From Zootoca vivipara (Eukaryota): DNA of 64,000 nt. The DNA lies in NCBI RefSeq assembly GCF_963506605.1, contig NC_083279.1, positions 22,878,001 to 22,942,000 on the forward strand, read 5' to 3'. The notes below the pieces were generated by a model. It was not told where the DNA came from and ran no database searches. It saw only the letters and a list, made by a program, of their open reading frames with translations. The position numbers and the translations under genes were made by a program. Each line of letters starts with the position of its first letter. Position 1 is the stretch's first letter. Positions 61,651-64,000 of the stretch are shown piece after piece.

Positions 61651-63870
61651 GTCTCATTCATATCTCAATCTCAATATTGTTTATTACTGAAAAAACTTGT
61701 TAGGTAGAAAACCACAATTGGAAGCCCATTTGAATCAGTGAATAACTAACACTAAAGAAAATAAATAATTCAGAATAATAATAAAGCTGAAGACAAAAAA
61801 TGTCGTTTGCCCCAAAAAATTCACCTAGTCTCCTACACAATTTGTGACTGACCCTGTCAAGGCAAGTCTCATATCACTATGACTGATACTGCTTTTGCTC
61901 TTGGAGCATGTTCTGAAGTTTCTTTTTTATACTGTTTGTATTCTAGATAGTTGGGGACAGTTGTGCCTGCCTGGAGTGCTTCGTTTTCAGGCAGATAGCT
62001 GGGGTATAAATTTTCAATAAATAAATACCAGTCCACTGAGGACGTGATGAACCTCCTGCTTTTGCTGCCCATGTAAGTTAGCAAAACTGGCCACATATGT
62101 ACTCACTAGGCTGCATTTTGCTTAGTGAGTTCCGATTTCTGCAGGCTGATACATTCCCCCTGCTGCTTTTATGTTGGTTTTAGTTGCAGTGCTTGTTGTG
62201 ACCTTGAATGTCTTGATTTAAAATTGGTTTTAGTATTTCTATCATTTAAATTTTGTACTGTACAGTACTTGCCTTTTTATTTCTGTAAATCGCCCAGAGA
62301 TAGAGACAAAATATCAATGTAATGAAACTGGTGTAACATGTTTTTGTCACTGTTGTGTTATTTTGTCTCAATATCCCGACTTGTATACACTGAAGTTAAA
62401 GGAATTATATTTCAAGAAAGCAGGGTTTGCATGATTGTTCCTTGTTTTTGCTTTAAAAAAGATACATAATTAAAAAACACAATGAAAAATCTTCTGAGGG
62501 CAATGCAGAGAAATTCTAAAATACAATTCTAAACATGGTTTCAAGCTCAAGGACCATTTTACTTGGCTGAAAAAGTCTGGCCTTCAAAGGGTAATCTTAC
62601 ATTAAAAGCACTGAAAATCCCATAAACCAAGTTTTGATTCGTCACATTTATATGCTTCAAAAACCATGCCACCCCTGTTTATAGAATGAAGTGGGCTCAC
62701 TCTAAATGCAGAGGAAAAGAAATCAGTGAGACAGACAGACAAGGAAGTTTCTGGGTTATGATTTCCATACAGTCCCCATGGAGCGCAAGTAATATTACAT
62801 TTTAATACATCTTTATTTGATTGTTATTACTCTGCCTCCTGGGAGGCTAAGCCACTGCCTGGATCTTGGCTGTTTTCAACCCATCAAGTTAGTAACATTG
62901 CTCTAATCAGATGGTGAATTAAGCTGCTGGATTTGTGCCTGGATACAGCCTTTCATTCCCTAAGAGATTAGAAATGAAGCAAAGACACACACAAAATCAA
63001 GACACATGCCCCTCTTCCAAACAGAATGCAAAATTGCTTTGTAAAAGCAAGAGGAATGTACTGCAGTGAAGCCACAGACCCTAGGCATCGGCTACTGATT
63101 GTATTTTTAAGCGCTGGGTGATGGTGTCCACTTCAACCACAATCCCTCCCCCTTATATATTAATATTAATTATTTATTATTTAATATTAAATAATTTGAG
63201 CTAAGCTAACATAACTCAAGCAATCAGTTAAGATTCGATGTTAAAAAAATGGAGGATCTATTTATTTGCATTACCCTATACAAGCAGCCCTGTGAAACCA
63301 GTACCATACAACTGGAGAAGAAAAAATACTGGTGCTTTGAAATGCAGTTGAATTGCTTTAAATTTTGTACTGATCTCTGTGTGCATGCCCATCTTCCCCT
63401 CCATTTTATTTTCATAATAGCCTTGTGAGAGAGCTTAGGTTGACCCATCAACCACTGAGTTCCATAGCTGAGTGAGGATATGAACCCAAGTCCTTGTCTG
63501 ATACTATAACTACTGCACTCTAGATATCACACACTCCCAGATGAGTAACTTAAGATGTGATTTTCCAGGCCCACACTGCCACACAAGTCACATGACATGC
63601 ACACAAAATCACGGCCTTAAAAAGTGCTTTTTTGCAGGAAGAGATTGCAGCACCAAAATGGCCACTGTGTTCTCATGCAAAAAAACAAAAAAACAATGGA
63701 ATGTCTCGCTTTTATCGGAGCTGTTGGATTGTGAATACCATCCAAAAGCATTCACGGTACTTTACCTATATATTTGGTTGGTTCAGTTCCACAAGCTGCT
63801 TCTCGGTATTTGTTGTGAAGATACAGTGGTTTGCATCTTTTTGTTTTGTTGTGAAGATACAGAAGATGCA

Positions 63871-64000
63871 GTGGTTAAGAACTTAATTTGTTCCGGAGGT
63901 CCGTTCTTAACCTGAAACTGTTCTTAACCTGAGGTACCACTTTAGCTAATGGGGCCTCCCGCTGCCGCCACACGATTTCTGTTCTCATCCTGAAGCAAAG
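63871..64000. mobile_element. Tc1/mariner MITE running off the window
   Basis: Reverse complement of ~12550-12670. Confidence 0.8.

Noticed and set aside
57924-64000. Search for the EFNB2 exon encoding most of the receptor-binding domain
   Set aside because: No matching translation was found, so the exon must lie beyond the window. Nothing can be said about the Eph- or henipavirus-binding loop.

Overview
This is vertebrate DNA from a squamate. A lacertid lizard is the most likely source, inferred from the Sauria SINEs, BovB and tRNA/CR1-tailed SINEs. The only protein-coding gene I can support is ephrin-B2 (EFNB2) on the minus strand. Its last three coding exons are at 57831-57923, 56944-57057 and 54436-54818, all with canonical AG/GT borders and phase-1 introns. 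A ~3.5 kb 3'UTR runs down to a poly(A) signal at 50995-51000. The upstream exons lie beyond 64000. Positions 1 to ~50900 are intergenic DNA 3' of the gene. They are dense in hAT and Tc1/mariner MITEs, SINEs, L2, CR1, BovB and RTE-X fragments and microsatellites, and include one solo LTR and a few repeat-free blocks that may be enhancers. The other ORFs in the track are chance or TE-derived. I found no evidence for a new multi-gene system. The best second-look items are: (1) a perfect 73-bp inverted repeat that can be reconstructed as a template-switch inversion splitting a MITE; (2) two different hAT MITEs inserted at the same 8-bp target; (3) paired RFX X-boxes, two strong G-quadruplex motifs, alternative poly(A) signals and a miRNA/Pumilio site cluster in the EFNB2 3'UTR; (4) a Cys-to-Ser change in the ephrin-B2 transmembrane helix. 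TE family names come from hallmarks and recall, not from database searches.
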